DNA of 64,000 nt, from positions 559,317 to 623,316 of the forward strand of contig CAVOJZ010000002.1 in NCBI GenBank assembly GCA_963696395.1, read 5' to 3'. Both the position numbers and the translations under genes were made by a program. This document shows positions 51,781-62,442 of this stretch, in pieces. Position 1 is the first letter of the stretch; each line of letters begins with the position of its first letter. Source of the DNA: an uncultured bacterium (GTDB lineage Bacteria > Patescibacteriota > Minisyncoccia > UBA6257 > 2-01-FULL-56-20). The notes under the pieces were generated by a model. That model worked only from the letters and a program-made list of their open reading frames with translations, did not search any database and was not told the origin of the DNA.

Positions 51781-52018
51781 TGGAATTGAAACTGCCTTAG
51801 TAAAACCTAACTATATGCTGGAACACCCGCGCATATCAGAGTACCGCAAGGTAACAATCTCTGATCGAAGCGGACAATCAGCAGGAAACTTCTTCGGAAG
51901 GATCCTCAGAGACTACACGTTAGGATCGCCGGGTGGCGATAAGATATAGTCCGAACTGCATAGCGATATGCAGAGCCAAGCAGAAATGTTTTGGCCAACA
52001 TAGGTTGTAACATGTTTG
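51781..52018 (+). mobile_element. group I intron 1b (ORF-less, ~238 nt) in 23S at the E. coli 1931-equivalent site
   Basis: Q caatcagcagg (about 51872), R cagagactacacg (about 51908), S aagatatagtcc (about 51938); joined exons give aactat-aatcgttctaaggt-agcgcaattcc, matching E. coli aactataacggtcctaaggtagcgaaattcc. Confidence 0.55.
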
Positions 52019-52716
52019 AGCGCAATTCCTTTTCGGGTAAGTTCCGAAGCGCACGAAAGGCGTAACGACCGGAGAACTGTCTCAGAGGCAAGCTCGGTGA
52101 AAATGCGATTCCCGTGAAGACGCGGGATACCTGCAGCGGGACGAAAAGACCCCGGAAGCTTTACTGCAGCTTGGTATTGATTTTAGAGTTCTACTACGTA
52201 GCGTAGTGGTGAGGATTTGAAGCACAGCTCTCGGGTTGTGTGGATCCGACAATGAAACAGCCATTTTTAGAACTTTAACGTCTAACCGGTTGGGGACCTT
52301 ACAAGGAAACCCAACTGAGACAGTGCTTGGTAGGCAGTTTAAATGGGGCGTTTTCCTCCAAAAGAGTAACGGAGGAGTTTATTAAGGTCAGCTTAGCCCG
52401 GATGGAAATCGGGCAGGACGTGCAAACGCAAAAGCTGGCTTGACTGCGAGACCTACAAGTCGAGCAGGTGCGAAAGCAGAAGTTAGTGACCCGACGGCTA
52501 TGTTCATGTAATTTATTATATGAATTCTTAATAGGAAGGCCGGAGACACCGGATAAAAGCTACTCCGGGGATAACAGGCTAGTATTGTCCGAGCGTCCCT
52601 AGCGACGACAATGCTCGGCACCTCGATGTCGGCTCGCCACAGCGCGGGGGTGGAGAAGCTCCCAAGCGTTTGGCTGTTCGCCAATTAAAGTGGCACGTGA
52701 GCTGGGTTCAGACCGT

Positions 52717-53425
52717 TGAATACAAGAACCCTTAACGACGAATCGAACACGGCGGCTATCTCGAGTAATCGAGATTGAAAAAATCGACTCATATCGGTGA
52801 AACCCTAGCGTTCATGACCTGTGAGCGTATCTAAATGTTTATTAAAAATAAATTAAAAACTATTTTGTATGAACAGGCGATCATAGGATAATACCGAGGG
52901 AAGTCGCATATGGAATTTTCGTCAACGCAAAAAGCATATCTTGCAGGTTTTCTTGATGGTGATGGCAGCATCTATGTACGATTGAAACCAAATAGCGATT
53001 ATCGTTATGGGTTTCAGGTCGCACCGTGTGTTGCATTTTTTCAATCATCAAAAGACCGCAAGAGCTTTGAAGAGATCTGCAATCTCATTGGTAACGGATA
53101 TCTGCGGGAAAGAAACGATGGCATGTTGGAGTATGTTATGCAGAAACAACAGGCGATCTACTCTTTTCTTTTGGACATACGGCCATTTCTTATTCTTAAG
53201 AAACGGCAAGCCGATTTGATGCTCGTGATTTTGGAAAAGAAAATGCTCGTAAAATCTAAAGAAGATTTTATAGCGTTGATGGAGTTAATCGATCAATTCC
53301 GAGAATTAAATTATTCGAAGAAACGAAAGATTCATATGTTGACCCTCTAGAGACTACACGTCGATCTCCTCGAAAGAGGATGGTGGTATAGTCCGGCACT
53401 CCTGGTAACAGGAGAATACAGTATG
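52717..53425 (+). mobile_element. group I intron 2 in 23S at the E. coli 2593-equivalent site (I-CreI site), carrying an I-CreI-like ORF
   Basis: Exon junction ttcagaccgT | ... G | cgtgagacaggtcgg reconstitutes ...accgtcgtgagacag (E. coli gaacgtcgtgagacag); P7 R/S elements agagactacacg / tatagtcc at about 53350/53390. Confidence 0.7.
52910..53350 (+). CDS. I-CreI-family LAGLIDADG homing endonuclease (intron-encoded)
   Basis: YLAGFLDGDGSIY motif; overall similarity to I-CreI (FLxxxxPFLxLKxxQAxLxLxIxE; DQxxxLNxSKxRK) at the homologous rDNA site. Confidence 0.8.
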   Translation: MEFSSTQKAYLAGFLDGDGSIYVRLKPNSDYRYGFQVAPCVAFFQSSKDRKSFEEICNLIGNGYLRERNDGMLEYVMQKQQAIYSFLLDIRPFLILKKRQADLMLVILEKKMLVKSKEDFIALMELIDQFRELNYSKKRKIHMLTL

Positions 53426-53913
53426 CGTGAGACAGGTCGGTCTCTATCTGCTGCAGGCGTTTATTACTTGAGGGGAGTTGGCCTTAGTAAGAAATTGCTA
53501 CTTTCTGGAGTAATCCAGATTGCCAACTCGGCTAATAACGGTGAAACCCTAATTCTTGCTTCATCGCGATTAATATTTCATTAAAAATTTATTAATCGTA
53601 GATTGAAATGCAGTCCTCTTTCCCTATCATTGAAATATGATACAAGAGCAGGGCAATACCGTGGGAAGTCGATCTAATAATTTTAGGTTTGACCCCGTAA
53701 CGACTTGTGTCCTCGGCTTTGCGCCGAGTGACCGGATAGCGGTCTTTGAATCGCTATAACATGCCGACGCCCGACTTCGCACACGCGAAAGGGCGAAGAT
53801 ATAGTCTGAGCACGTAGTAATACGTGAGTGCTTGACGAGAGGACTGGGCTGAACATACCTCTGGTCTATCGGCTTTGCCACCAGGTGAATTGCCGAGTAG
53901 CTATGTATGGAAG

Positions 53914-53947
<34 letters not shown>

Positions 53948-54136
53948 ACCCCAAGATTAGGTATGCGTGGTTTCGTCGAAGACTACGACGTTGATAGGCG
54001 TTAGGTGTAAGGCCAGCAATGGTTTAAGCCAAGACGTACTAATAACCCCGCCAACCATCCCAATGCTGACTTTCACGCGACCTCGTGCCGCGTGTGCATG
54101 AATTTATTTCTACATCAAAAAGCTAAACGGCTTTTT

Positions 54137-54257
54137 GATGTCGGTGTTTTATCCTTGTGTGTCCCACCTCTTCCCATTCCGAACAGAGAAGTGAAAGCAC
54201 AAGCATCCGATGATACTCATCGCTTCGGCTTTGGGGAAAGTAGGATATGCCGACATC
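54137..54257 (+). rRNA. rrf: 5S rRNA
   Basis: gtcccacctcttcccattccgaacagagaagtgaaag matches the 5S loop B/C consensus; ends gatgtcgg/ccgacatc pair; an extended flanking helix 54125-54268 is followed by a T-run. Confidence 0.8.
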
Positions 54258-54367
54258 AAAGTGCCGTTTTTTTATTGCCCATCCCGCGTCCCGCGCATTC
54301 GCGCGCGTTGATTTTTTTATAGGCCTGCGGTAGAGTCCGGATAGTGCCAAGTGCACGAGGAGGATAG

Positions 54368-54649
54368 ATGATCTTTCGCGGATCTTTTACGGAATATCCC
54401 AAGCAAGCGGGAGACCCACACTCCACACTGATCGAGGAGTTACCATTGAGCGATGATCTGGGCTATGACCATGCTGTCACGCTGGCTCAGGCTCACATGC
54501 AGGCATTCGTCGCGGACTATCCAAAAAAGCATGACGGTTCGCCATGCACCTACGATCGTTTGGATCGCAACTTCAATTCGCGTCGCGATCCAAAAGAAGC
54601 GGAGGCGGTTGGCTGGGTCACTATTTGGTCCGATCCACGAGCAGCCTAA
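54368..54649 (+). CDS. hypothetical small protein
   Basis: 93-aa ORF after rRNA cluster; no motif. Confidence 0.3.
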   Translation: MIFRGSFTEYPKQAGDPHSTLIEELPLSDDLGYDHAVTLAQAHMQAFVADYPKKHDGSPCTYDRLDRNFNSRRDPKEAEAVGWVTIWSDPRAA

Positions 54650-54710
54650 TCGTTTTTCCTAATTCTCGGCCGCGTCCCCACGACGCGGCCTTTTGTTTTA
54701 TACTTAATGC

Positions 54711-55433
54711 ATGTCTACGCGCCTCGCGAAACAACTCATCTATGGGACGCTCTATGGCTTGATCTGGCTCGCCGTTATCGCCGGGATTTATTATCTTTTT
54801 ATTAAGCCCGCAATCACGCCGCCGGCGTGCACGGGCCCCGCATGCGGTTCGGAAACCGCGCGCCCGCTTGCGACGTCTACCGTTTCCACATTCCTTGCAG
54901 GGTCCGGCAGTGCGACCTACCTCGCGAAAGTTACGGATGTGAATTCCGATTTCGGCGCTACCGCATTCGACTATGCCTTTGATTTCTATAATGTGTCAGG
55001 GACAATCATCGAAACCATTCCCGGTTCTTCCTATATTTATCCAAGCCAGGTGAAATATCTTATCGCGCCGAACATGCGACCGGTCGGAGCGGCTCAACTT
55101 TCGCTTGACCTGAGCAACGTGCAATGGGCGGCAAGTTCCTCGATGGGACAGGTGCCGCAATTTACCTTTACGAATGTCGTTACAAATTCTGGGGCTAATA
55201 CTATTTCCGTAAACGGCCAGATGACGAACAACGACATTTCTTCGTTCGGCACCGTCCTTGTGGTTGCGGTCTTTAAGGACGCAGACGGCAACCCAATCGG
55301 AGCTTCACAGACGGAAATTGATAATGTCGCGGCCGGCGCCACGCAGAGTTTCTCCGTGATCTATCCGGCGATCCCCGGGATCAATCCGGCGGATAACGAG
55401 CTCGAAGCTTACGGGATAAGAACGGGATTGTAG
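54711..55433 (+). CDS. hypothetical membrane-anchored protein
   Basis: N-terminal TM LIYGTLYGLIWLAVIAGIYYLFI; 240 aa. Confidence 0.5.
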   Translation: MSTRLAKQLIYGTLYGLIWLAVIAGIYYLFIKPAITPPACTGPACGSETARPLATSTVSTFLAGSGSATYLAKVTDVNSDFGATAFDYAFDFYNVSGTIIETIPGSSYIYPSQVKYLIAPNMRPVGAAQLSLDLSNVQWAASSSMGQVPQFTFTNVVTNSGANTISVNGQMTNNDISSFGTVLVVAVFKDADGNPIGASQTEIDNVAAGATQSFSVIYPAIPGINPADNELEAYGIRTGL

Positions 55434-55434
55434 C

Positions 55435-56481
55435 ATGCTTTCTTTTTTTCTACCCGTAGGAATTCTCGTGGTCGCAGGACTCATCGTCCTCTCCGCTCTT
55501 TCGGTGCATTTTTTTGTTTTGCAATTGATCTGGGTCGCAATCGGCATCGGCGTGATCATATTTTTTACATTCGTTGATGCTAGGGCTATTTTTAACTCCC
55601 GTTGGATTGTCTGGATGTTGTACGGCGGGTCACTTGCGTTGCTCATCGCCGCATATCTTTTTGGTCCGGTTATTCGCAACACGAAGAGCTGGCTTGTTCT
55701 CGGGCCGGTCAGTATTCAACCCGTTGAGTTTCTGAAAATCGCACTCATTTTTCTTTTCGCAAATTATTTTGCCCGAAGGCATTTGGCTGTTGCGCGATGG
55801 GAGAACATTTTTACGTCCTTCATTTTTTTTATCATTCCCGCCGCAATCGCCGTGCGGTTGCCTGACCTTGGTTCGGCGGTGATATTTTTTGCAATCTGGT
55901 TCGGATTTCTCCTTCTTTCCGGATTGCCGTGGCGCCGCATCGCCGCTGCGGTGATTGTGTTTGCACTCGCCGGCGCATTTGTTTGGACGTATGTATTTAA
56001 GGATTATCACCGCGCCCGCATCGTGGGATTCCTCGACCCAAATGCAAATGCGCTCGGCATCAATTACAGTGTTACGCAATCCAAAATTGCGATCGGTTCG
56101 GCGGGGCTATGGGGAAAGGGATATGGGCAGGGATCCGAGACGCAATTAGGATTCCTTTCCGAGCCAACCGAGGACTTTATATTTGCGGCTCTTATTGAGG
56201 AGTGGGGGATTGTCGGCGGCATTGTCGTCGTCGCGGCATTCCTCGCCCTCATATTCCAGATTCTCCGCGTGGGCGCACTCGCCGATGAAAATTTTGAAAA
56301 GTTTATCTGCCTTGGCGCCGCGGTCATGTTTGGCATGCAGTTTTTCCTGAATACGGGTTCGGCTACCGGAGTTTTGCCGGTTGTCGGCGTCACTTTTCCA
56401 TTTCTGAGCTACGGCGGGTCCAGTATGCTTGCCAATATGTCGCTTCTTGCGATAATTAATTCCATCCGAAAACGATCATGA
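55435..56481 (+). CDS. SEDS-family peptidoglycan glycosyltransferase (FtsW/RodA)
   Basis: 10 TM; conserved SEP(T)EDFIFAAL motif; 348 aa. Confidence 0.85.
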   Translation: MLSFFLPVGILVVAGLIVLSALSVHFFVLQLIWVAIGIGVIIFFTFVDARAIFNSRWIVWMLYGGSLALLIAAYLFGPVIRNTKSWLVLGPVSIQPVEFLKIALIFLFANYFARRHLAVARWENIFTSFIFFIIPAAIAVRLPDLGSAVIFFAIWFGFLLLSGLPWRRIAAAVIVFALAGAFVWTYVFKDYHRARIVGFLDPNANALGINYSVTQSKIAIGSAGLWGKGYGQGSETQLGFLSEPTEDFIFAALIEEWGIVGGIVVVAAFLALIFQILRVGALADENFEKFICLGAAVMFGMQFFLNTGSATGVLPVVGVTFPFLSYGGSSMLANMSLLAIINSIRKRS

Positions 56482-57449
56482 ACCTTTTCTTTAACCGCAG
56501 GAATCTTCTCGGCGCCATGGTGCTTTTCTTGGTTTTTATTCTCGCTGCAATTTTTGTTTACGGTCTTTCGCCTGCAAGCGCAAGTGGCGTTCCTGCGGTT
56601 TTTGAAATCAAAGCAGGGGACGGGTTTCGTGGCACGGTCCGGAATCTGTATGCCGCGCACATCATCCGCTCACCGTTCGCAACCGAACTATATCTCCTGA
56701 TAAGCGGCCGGGCGTTGGAGCTTAAACCCGGGCTTTATAAATTGAGCGCCGCCGATTGGTCGCCCGCAATTACGAAAATTGTTACCGGAGGAAGTTCGGA
56801 ACAGGTGGTAGTTACCATTCCCGAAGGGTCAAACACCTATCAGATCGATGCCATCCTGAGCGATGCGCTCGTGATTCATTCCGGCGATCTGATCAATTTT
56901 GGCGCCGGCAAATCATTTGAAGGCATGTTGTTCCCCGATACGTACAGTTTCTTTACCGATGCGAACGCATCGAGCGTAGTAGATGAATTCCTGGCAAATT
57001 TTAACGCAAAGGCAGAACCACTTCTCGCGGGTGATCCGAAAAATGCAGAACAGAATTTAATCCTTGCCTCAATCGTGGAAAAAGAAGTGCCGAGTTCAAC
57101 GGATCAGGAAATGGTTGCTGGTATCATGCTGAAGCGGCTGGCTGCCGGAATGCCGCTCGATATCGATGCGACCGTCTGCTACGCAAAATTCATCGCGAAC
57201 CCCGACGCGACCTGTAATCCGCTTACCGCCGCCGATTTTAAGATAAATTCGCCCTATAATACCTATCTCAATAAAGGACTGCCTCCGGGGCCGATAGGAA
57301 ATCCGGGAGTGCAGGCGATCGAAGCCGCGCTTCACCCGAAGAGTTCGCCCTATTGGTATTACCTTTCAGATCCAAAAACCGGGGCAACCATATACGCCGT
57401 AACGCTTGCCCAGCAGGTGGCAAATCAGAAGAAATATCTAGGAGAGTAA
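56478..57449 (+). CDS. mltG: endolytic murein transglycosylase MltG (YceG family)
   Basis: N-terminal TM, LASIVEKE motif, YceG-like size; overlaps ftsW/rodA stop. Confidence 0.75.
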   Translation: MNLFFNRRNLLGAMVLFLVFILAAIFVYGLSPASASGVPAVFEIKAGDGFRGTVRNLYAAHIIRSPFATELYLLISGRALELKPGLYKLSAADWSPAITKIVTGGSSEQVVVTIPEGSNTYQIDAILSDALVIHSGDLINFGAGKSFEGMLFPDTYSFFTDANASSVVDEFLANFNAKAEPLLAGDPKNAEQNLILASIVEKEVPSSTDQEMVAGIMLKRLAAGMPLDIDATVCYAKFIANPDATCNPLTAADFKINSPYNTYLNKGLPPGPIGNPGVQAIEAALHPKSSPYWYYLSDPKTGATIYAVTLAQQVANQKKYLGE

Positions 57450-57455
57450 TGTAAA

Positions 57456-60400
57456 ATGATAGGTACGAGCTTTATGGTTGACCGTAATTCATATAAAAGG
57501 CCCTTCTTTATATTACTAGCCATCGGATTGGCTGTGTTTTTGACGCAGGCGGCGGCGGTGCGTGCTGCGACTAACCACGACGGATACTGCAATGCGGCGG
57601 GAGGGCCAAGTTCCTGCATGTTTAACAATACGGCTACGAATGATTTGAAATTGGTTCTTGGAACTTGCGTTAACTCGGGATGCACGGCTCCTGTTTCGAT
57701 ACCTGGCGGATGGACAGCGATCGCCAGCGGCACTAACGCGACGGACGGTTCCTGGGCTCTCGGTTGCAATGTTTCGGCAAATGCTTCGGATACCAGTTCC
57801 GGTAGTTGGACCGTGCCCGGTAACTCAGTCTATCTCGAAGGCGAATCATTTGCAGGAACCACAGTCGGAACAACGGCAAATTGCAATACGACTGGCGTCG
57901 GGGGAATTGCCGAGGCGGGAAATAACAGCAGTACGTATATTTTCCCTGGTGTCGCATTGAAACGGACCGATGGCAGTTCTTGGATTTCGGCGCTCACTTT
58001 CGACAACACTACTGCGGCAGCGTGCACACCGACGGGTCTCACGGCGTATAGCGCCACGGGCAATGGGACTATCCAAGACACTCCGGGTGGAGTTTCTTCT
58101 TGGGCAACGACAACGTGTACCACGTTCACCGGATACTGGAATACCGTCGATGCCGAGATTTTAGGGTTTTCGAGCTCGTCAACTCCGGTTATAAATTTCT
58201 TTACTGCTTCGTCTGCGATGGTTCTCACGGGCGGAACGTCTACATTATCGTGGAACGTAATCAATGCTTCATCGGTCACGATCACGCCGGGAGGATACAC
58301 CACGAGCACGCTTGTTGGTTCCACTTCCACGCCCGCTTTATCGACAACCACGATATTTACTTTGTCTGCGGCAAATGCAAATGGAACGACAACTGCCACG
58401 ACTAGTGTGTCGATAGACATAACGGCACCGAGCACCCCGACATCGGTTGTCGCCACGCCAACGAGTATTTCAAATCTCACGTTGACGTGGGCATCCTCGA
58501 CGGATGTTGGAGGTCCTGGTATCGGAGGGTACAATGTTTTTCGCTGCCAGGGATCGTGCACGCCGGCGGTTCGTATCGGTACCACGTCGAACGCAACCTA
58601 TAACGATTCGGGTCTCGCCTCGTCAACTATGTATACCTATGCTGTGCAAGCATATGACACGCTCGGACTCGTTTCCGCAACCTCATCACCGGTAAGTGTT
58701 ACCATGCCGACATCAACACCTGTTATCCAGGCAGCCACGTGCAATCAATCGGATGTGAATGCCGTCATTAACGGTCCGACACACACGGCGGCCGACGGCG
58801 ATGTTATCCAAATTCCTGCCGGTTCATGCACGTGGACAAGCGGTATCACGGTGCCGAGCGGAATCGGTATTTCTATCATCGGGACGGGGACGCCGAATAG
58901 CGGATCGAGTACGACAGGCGCCGCAGCCTCCTGCGCTTCCACGAGTATTACGGTGTCGAACGGCATCACCGCTTTTCGAATGACGCCTTCCTATGGAAAC
59001 TCAGCAGCGAGGATTTCCTGCATGACCATTAACTCCGGATCCGGCTCAGGTATCGCTGCCTCGGTACTTGGGACATGCAGTTCGAGTGGTTGTCCAAGTA
59101 TGCGCATGGACAACGTCACCTTTTCTAATTGGGCGGGGCATGTCGAAGTTGGTATCTCCTATGGAATAAACGCGATAGGCGACGTGTTTGGAGTTTTTGA
59201 TCATGACACGATAAACGGAAGCACGGGAAATTATTTACAGCTCGTCGAACAGTCCAACGCCAGTTATTTAGGTGTCGGTTATTATGGCGACAATTCCTGG
59301 GCGCAACCGGAGGCGTATGGCTCGGCTAATTTTCTTTATTTTGAAAATAACATTTTTAATGACTCCGGAATTTCAGATAATGAAGGTAGTGCGGGAGGTT
59401 TGCAGAATCAAGGCGGTGGTCGCGAGATCGGGCGATTCAACCAATTCAATATCACTGACACTTACAACTCCACGCTTGGGTGGCATGGCACTGAATCATC
59501 CGGTCGCCCCCGGAGTGGAAGGGCGTACGAGTTTTATGGCAACACCGCAAATTGCAATAGTTCTTCAACGGGGTGTCCTCCATTTATCGGCGTGAGAGGC
59601 GGAACGGGACTTGTTTGGGGAAATACGTTTAGCGCGAGTACGGGCAGTAGTTATAACGATGTCGTGCAGATGAATACTAATAGGTCGTTCGGCAATCCGG
59701 GCAATATTTGGGGAGCGTGCGATGGGTCTGCTCCGTTTGATACGGACGACGGCGTGACCTACTGGTCGGGAACGATCGCAAGTTATAGCACGAGTTCAAA
59801 CTCGGCAACAATAACCGTGTCCGGCTCTAACCCCGGCTGGAGCACCAATCAGTGGGTGCCGGCGGGCGCTCCTTATTCCGTGCATGACATTACACAAGGT
59901 TCGGGATCCGAGCTTATCGGCAATGGCTCGACTACATTGACCATCACTCAATTGGGAGGACCGGCTCAGTATAGTCCGACGAGCGGTGATTCAATCCAGA
60001 TCCTCCGTGCCACGGCGTGCATTGATCAAGGGGGTGGGCGAGGCGCCGGTTTTCTTTATAGCGGAGATACTCCGCAGTCCACGCCTGCCAATGAGGCCGT
60101 GGAGCCAACGTATCTCTGGATGAACAGTACGAATCCCAATCCGAATAGCGGAATGGCCTATTCGAATTCCGCTCGGGTGATTCAGGATCGCGACTATTAT
60201 ACCGAGAATTATAATCAAACCGCACAGTCCAACGCGACATCGCCTTTCAATGGTACTACCGCTATCGGCGTAGGACATGGTACGCTCGCTAATCGTCCGA
60301 CAACCTGCACGCCAAATCTGCTTGGTGGCGGCGCTCCTGGGGTTGCTTATTTTGCAACTGACGCCGACAGCGGCAATGGCGCCCTTTACACGTGCGACGC

Positions 60401-62429
60401 CACCAATACCTGGTCTCTCTATTATCAACCCGCTCCATATCCATATGCTTTAACTGCTCAAGGCCTTCCGAATGATCCAACGCTCATTGCGACCACATCA
60501 CCTGCGAACGGGGGATCGATTGTTCAATTTCCGCAAGGAAATAACTTCATCGCCGGCACTCCGGTGACGCTCACCGCTAACGCCTCGTCCGGTTACTCGT
60601 TTGTCGGTTGGACTGGAAGCGTGTCGACCACCACGAATCCTCTCACCGTCACCGTGAACAGCAACATGACGCTGACGGCAAATTTCAGTTCAGCAGCTTC
60701 TCCGCCCACCATCTCCTCCTTCTCTGCATCTCCCTCCGAAGTCCTCTCTGCCGGAACCAGCACTCTTTCCTGGAATGTCTCGAATGCCTCGTCGGTTGCC
60801 ATCACCCCCGGTAGTTTTTCGACCTCCACCCTCATCGGCTCCGTCACCGTGAACCCCACCTCGACCACGACCTACACCCTCACGGCAACGAATGGCAATG
60901 GTACGTCAACCGCAACCACGTCGGTTACGATTGATACCACGCCTCCATCAACCCCGACCTCTGTTGTTGCGACCGCCACCGGCTCTTCCACGATCACCCT
61001 CACCTGGGCCACGAGCACGGATGCGGGAGGTCCGGGTCTCTCGGGATACAACATCTTCCGCTGTCAGGGATCCTGCACCCCGAGTAACCGCATTTCGACC
61101 TCTTCCTCTCCCTTCTACCACGACACGTCTCTTACCTCAGGCACCCCATATACGTATTCCGTCTCCGCCTTCGATACCCTCGGATTGATATCGGCCACCT
61201 CATCCAATATCTCGACCACCACCTGGTCCGTCCCCGGAGTCCCCGGCTCCGTTTCCGCCTCCGCCGGCAATGCCCAGGCAACCGTCTCCTTCTCGGCTCC
61301 CACCTCAACCGGGGGAACGAGCATCCTCTACTACCGGGCCACCAGTAATCCGGGTAATACCTCCGCCACCTCAAGCGCAAGCCCGATTGTGGTTGCGAAT
61401 CTCACGAACGGACAAAGCTACACCTTTACCGTCACCGCAACGAATGCCGTCGGGACGAGTGCCTCCTCCTCGGTCTCGGGGAGCGTGACCCCCACGGGTG
61501 CCGCCCCCTCGATTGGATCCTTCTCTGCCGCCCCCCAGTATACAGAGCCAAGCGTCACCTCAACCCTCTCCTGGAGTGTGAGTAACGCCTCTTCCGTCTC
61601 CATCTCCCCGGGAGGATTCAGCACAAGCACCCTCATCGGCTCATTCTCTGTCGCTCCCACCTCCACCACGACCTACACCCTCACGGCAGAATCCAATGGC
61701 AATGGCACCTCAACCGCCCAGACCACCGTCACCGTGCAAAGCATCCCTCCGAGTATCCCCACGAATCTCTCGGCAGATCCCGTATCCACCTCAGAAATTG
61801 ATCTTTCGTGGACGGCAAGCACAAGCACGATCCCCATATCCGGCTATGGCATCTTTCAAGACAGCGTGCAGATCGCAACGACCAGTGCTACCAGTTACCA
61901 GAATACCGGGCTCAATCAGGACAGCCTCTACGCATATACCGTGGATGCCTTTGACGCCGCAGGGAATGTCTCCGGACAGAGTTCATCCACCTCTGCCACT
62001 ACCCAATCACAGCAATCCGGCGGTGGCGGCGGCGGCGGAGGTGGAGGCGGCGGCTACTATATCCCTCCCGCATCAACCTCAACCACAACCGGCACGGGGA
62101 CCGGAACCAGCGGCAACTCCGCACTTCTCCAAACCCTCCTTACCGAACTCCTCTCCCTCGTGAAGCAGCTGAATACCCAGCTTGTCGCAACCTTTACGAG
62201 AAATCTCACCGTGGGGTCACGGGGGACGGATGTCCAAAACCTCCAGGTCTTCCTGAATGACAACGGCTACCCGATATCCGAGACGGGAGCAGGATCTCTC
62301 GGACACGAATCAACCTACTTTGGCGCCAAGACGGCACAGGCCCTGGCCAAGTGGCAGAAGGCAAACGGGATCAAGGGGACCGGATTCTTCGGACCGGCAA
62401 CGAGGGCATTTATGGAGGGGAAGTGGTAG
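57456..62429 (+). CDS. giant (1657 aa) surface protein: signal peptide, beta-helix-like region, repeated Ig/FN3 modules, 12-Gly linker, C-terminal peptidoglycan-binding domain
   Basis: FN3 signatures (TWASSTD..GYNVFRC; LSWTASTST..SGYGIFQ); internal ~170-aa repeats; GGGGGGGGGGGG at 62019-62054; C-terminal TRNLTVGSRGTDVQNLQVFLNDNGY...AKTAQALAKWQKANGI (PG_binding_1-like). Confidence 0.8.
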   Translation: MIGTSFMVDRNSYKRPFFILLAIGLAVFLTQAAAVRAATNHDGYCNAAGGPSSCMFNNTATNDLKLVLGTCVNSGCTAPVSIPGGWTAIASGTNATDGSWALGCNVSANASDTSSGSWTVPGNSVYLEGESFAGTTVGTTANCNTTGVGGIAEAGNNSSTYIFPGVALKRTDGSSWISALTFDNTTAAACTPTGLTAYSATGNGTIQDTPGGVSSWATTTCTTFTGYWNTVDAEILGFSSSSTPVINFFTASSAMVLTGGTSTLSWNVINASSVTITPGGYTTSTLVGSTSTPALSTTTIFTLSAANANGTTTATTSVSIDITAPSTPTSVVATPTSISNLTLTWASSTDVGGPGIGGYNVFRCQGSCTPAVRIGTTSNATYNDSGLASSTMYTYAVQAYDTLGLVSATSSPVSVTMPTSTPVIQAATCNQSDVNAVINGPTHTAADGDVIQIPAGSCTWTSGITVPSGIGISIIGTGTPNSGSSTTGAAASCASTSITVSNGITAFRMTPSYGNSAARISCMTINSGSGSGIAASVLGTCSSSGCPSMRMDNVTFSNWAGHVEVGISYGINAIGDVFGVFDHDTINGSTGNYLQLVEQSNASYLGVGYYGDNSWAQPEAYGSANFLYFENNIFNDSGISDNEGSAGGLQNQGGGREIGRFNQFNITDTYNSTLGWHGTESSGRPRSGRAYEFYGNTANCNSSSTGCPPFIGVRGGTGLVWGNTFSASTGSSYNDVVQMNTNRSFGNPGNIWGACDGSAPFDTDDGVTYWSGTIASYSTSSNSATITVSGSNPGWSTNQWVPAGAPYSVHDITQGSGSELIGNGSTTLTITQLGGPAQYSPTSGDSIQILRATACIDQGGGRGAGFLYSGDTPQSTPANEAVEPTYLWMNSTNPNPNSGMAYSNSARVIQDRDYYTENYNQTAQSNATSPFNGTTAIGVGHGTLANRPTTCTPNLLGGGAPGVAYFATDADSGNGALYTCDATNTWSLYYQPAPYPYALTAQGLPNDPTLIATTSPANGGSIVQFPQGNNFIAGTPVTLTANASSGYSFVGWTGSVSTTTNPLTVTVNSNMTLTANFSSAASPPTISSFSASPSEVLSAGTSTLSWNVSNASSVAITPGSFSTSTLIGSVTVNPTSTTTYTLTATNGNGTSTATTSVTIDTTPPSTPTSVVATATGSSTITLTWATSTDAGGPGLSGYNIFRCQGSCTPSNRISTSSSPFYHDTSLTSGTPYTYSVSAFDTLGLISATSSNISTTTWSVPGVPGSVSASAGNAQATVSFSAPTSTGGTSILYYRATSNPGNTSATSSASPIVVANLTNGQSYTFTVTATNAVGTSASSSVSGSVTPTGAAPSIGSFSAAPQYTEPSVTSTLSWSVSNASSVSISPGGFSTSTLIGSFSVAPTSTTTYTLTAESNGNGTSTAQTTVTVQSIPPSIPTNLSADPVSTSEIDLSWTASTSTIPISGYGIFQDSVQIATTSATSYQNTGLNQDSLYAYTVDAFDAAGNVSGQSSSTSATTQSQQSGGGGGGGGGGGGYYIPPASTSTTTGTGTGTSGNSALLQTLLTELLSLVKQLNTQLVATFTRNLTVGSRGTDVQNLQVFLNDNGYPISETGAGSLGHESTYFGAKTAQALAKWQKANGIKGTGFFGPATRAFMEGKW

Positions 62430-62442
62430 GAATTGAATTTTC

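Noticed and set aside
62019-62054. Poly-G codon tract as a contingency (phase-variation) locus
   Set aside because: The repeat uses mixed GGC/GGT/GGA codons rather than a pure homopolymer or dinucleotide run, so slipped-strand switching is unlikely. Kept only as a linker annotation.
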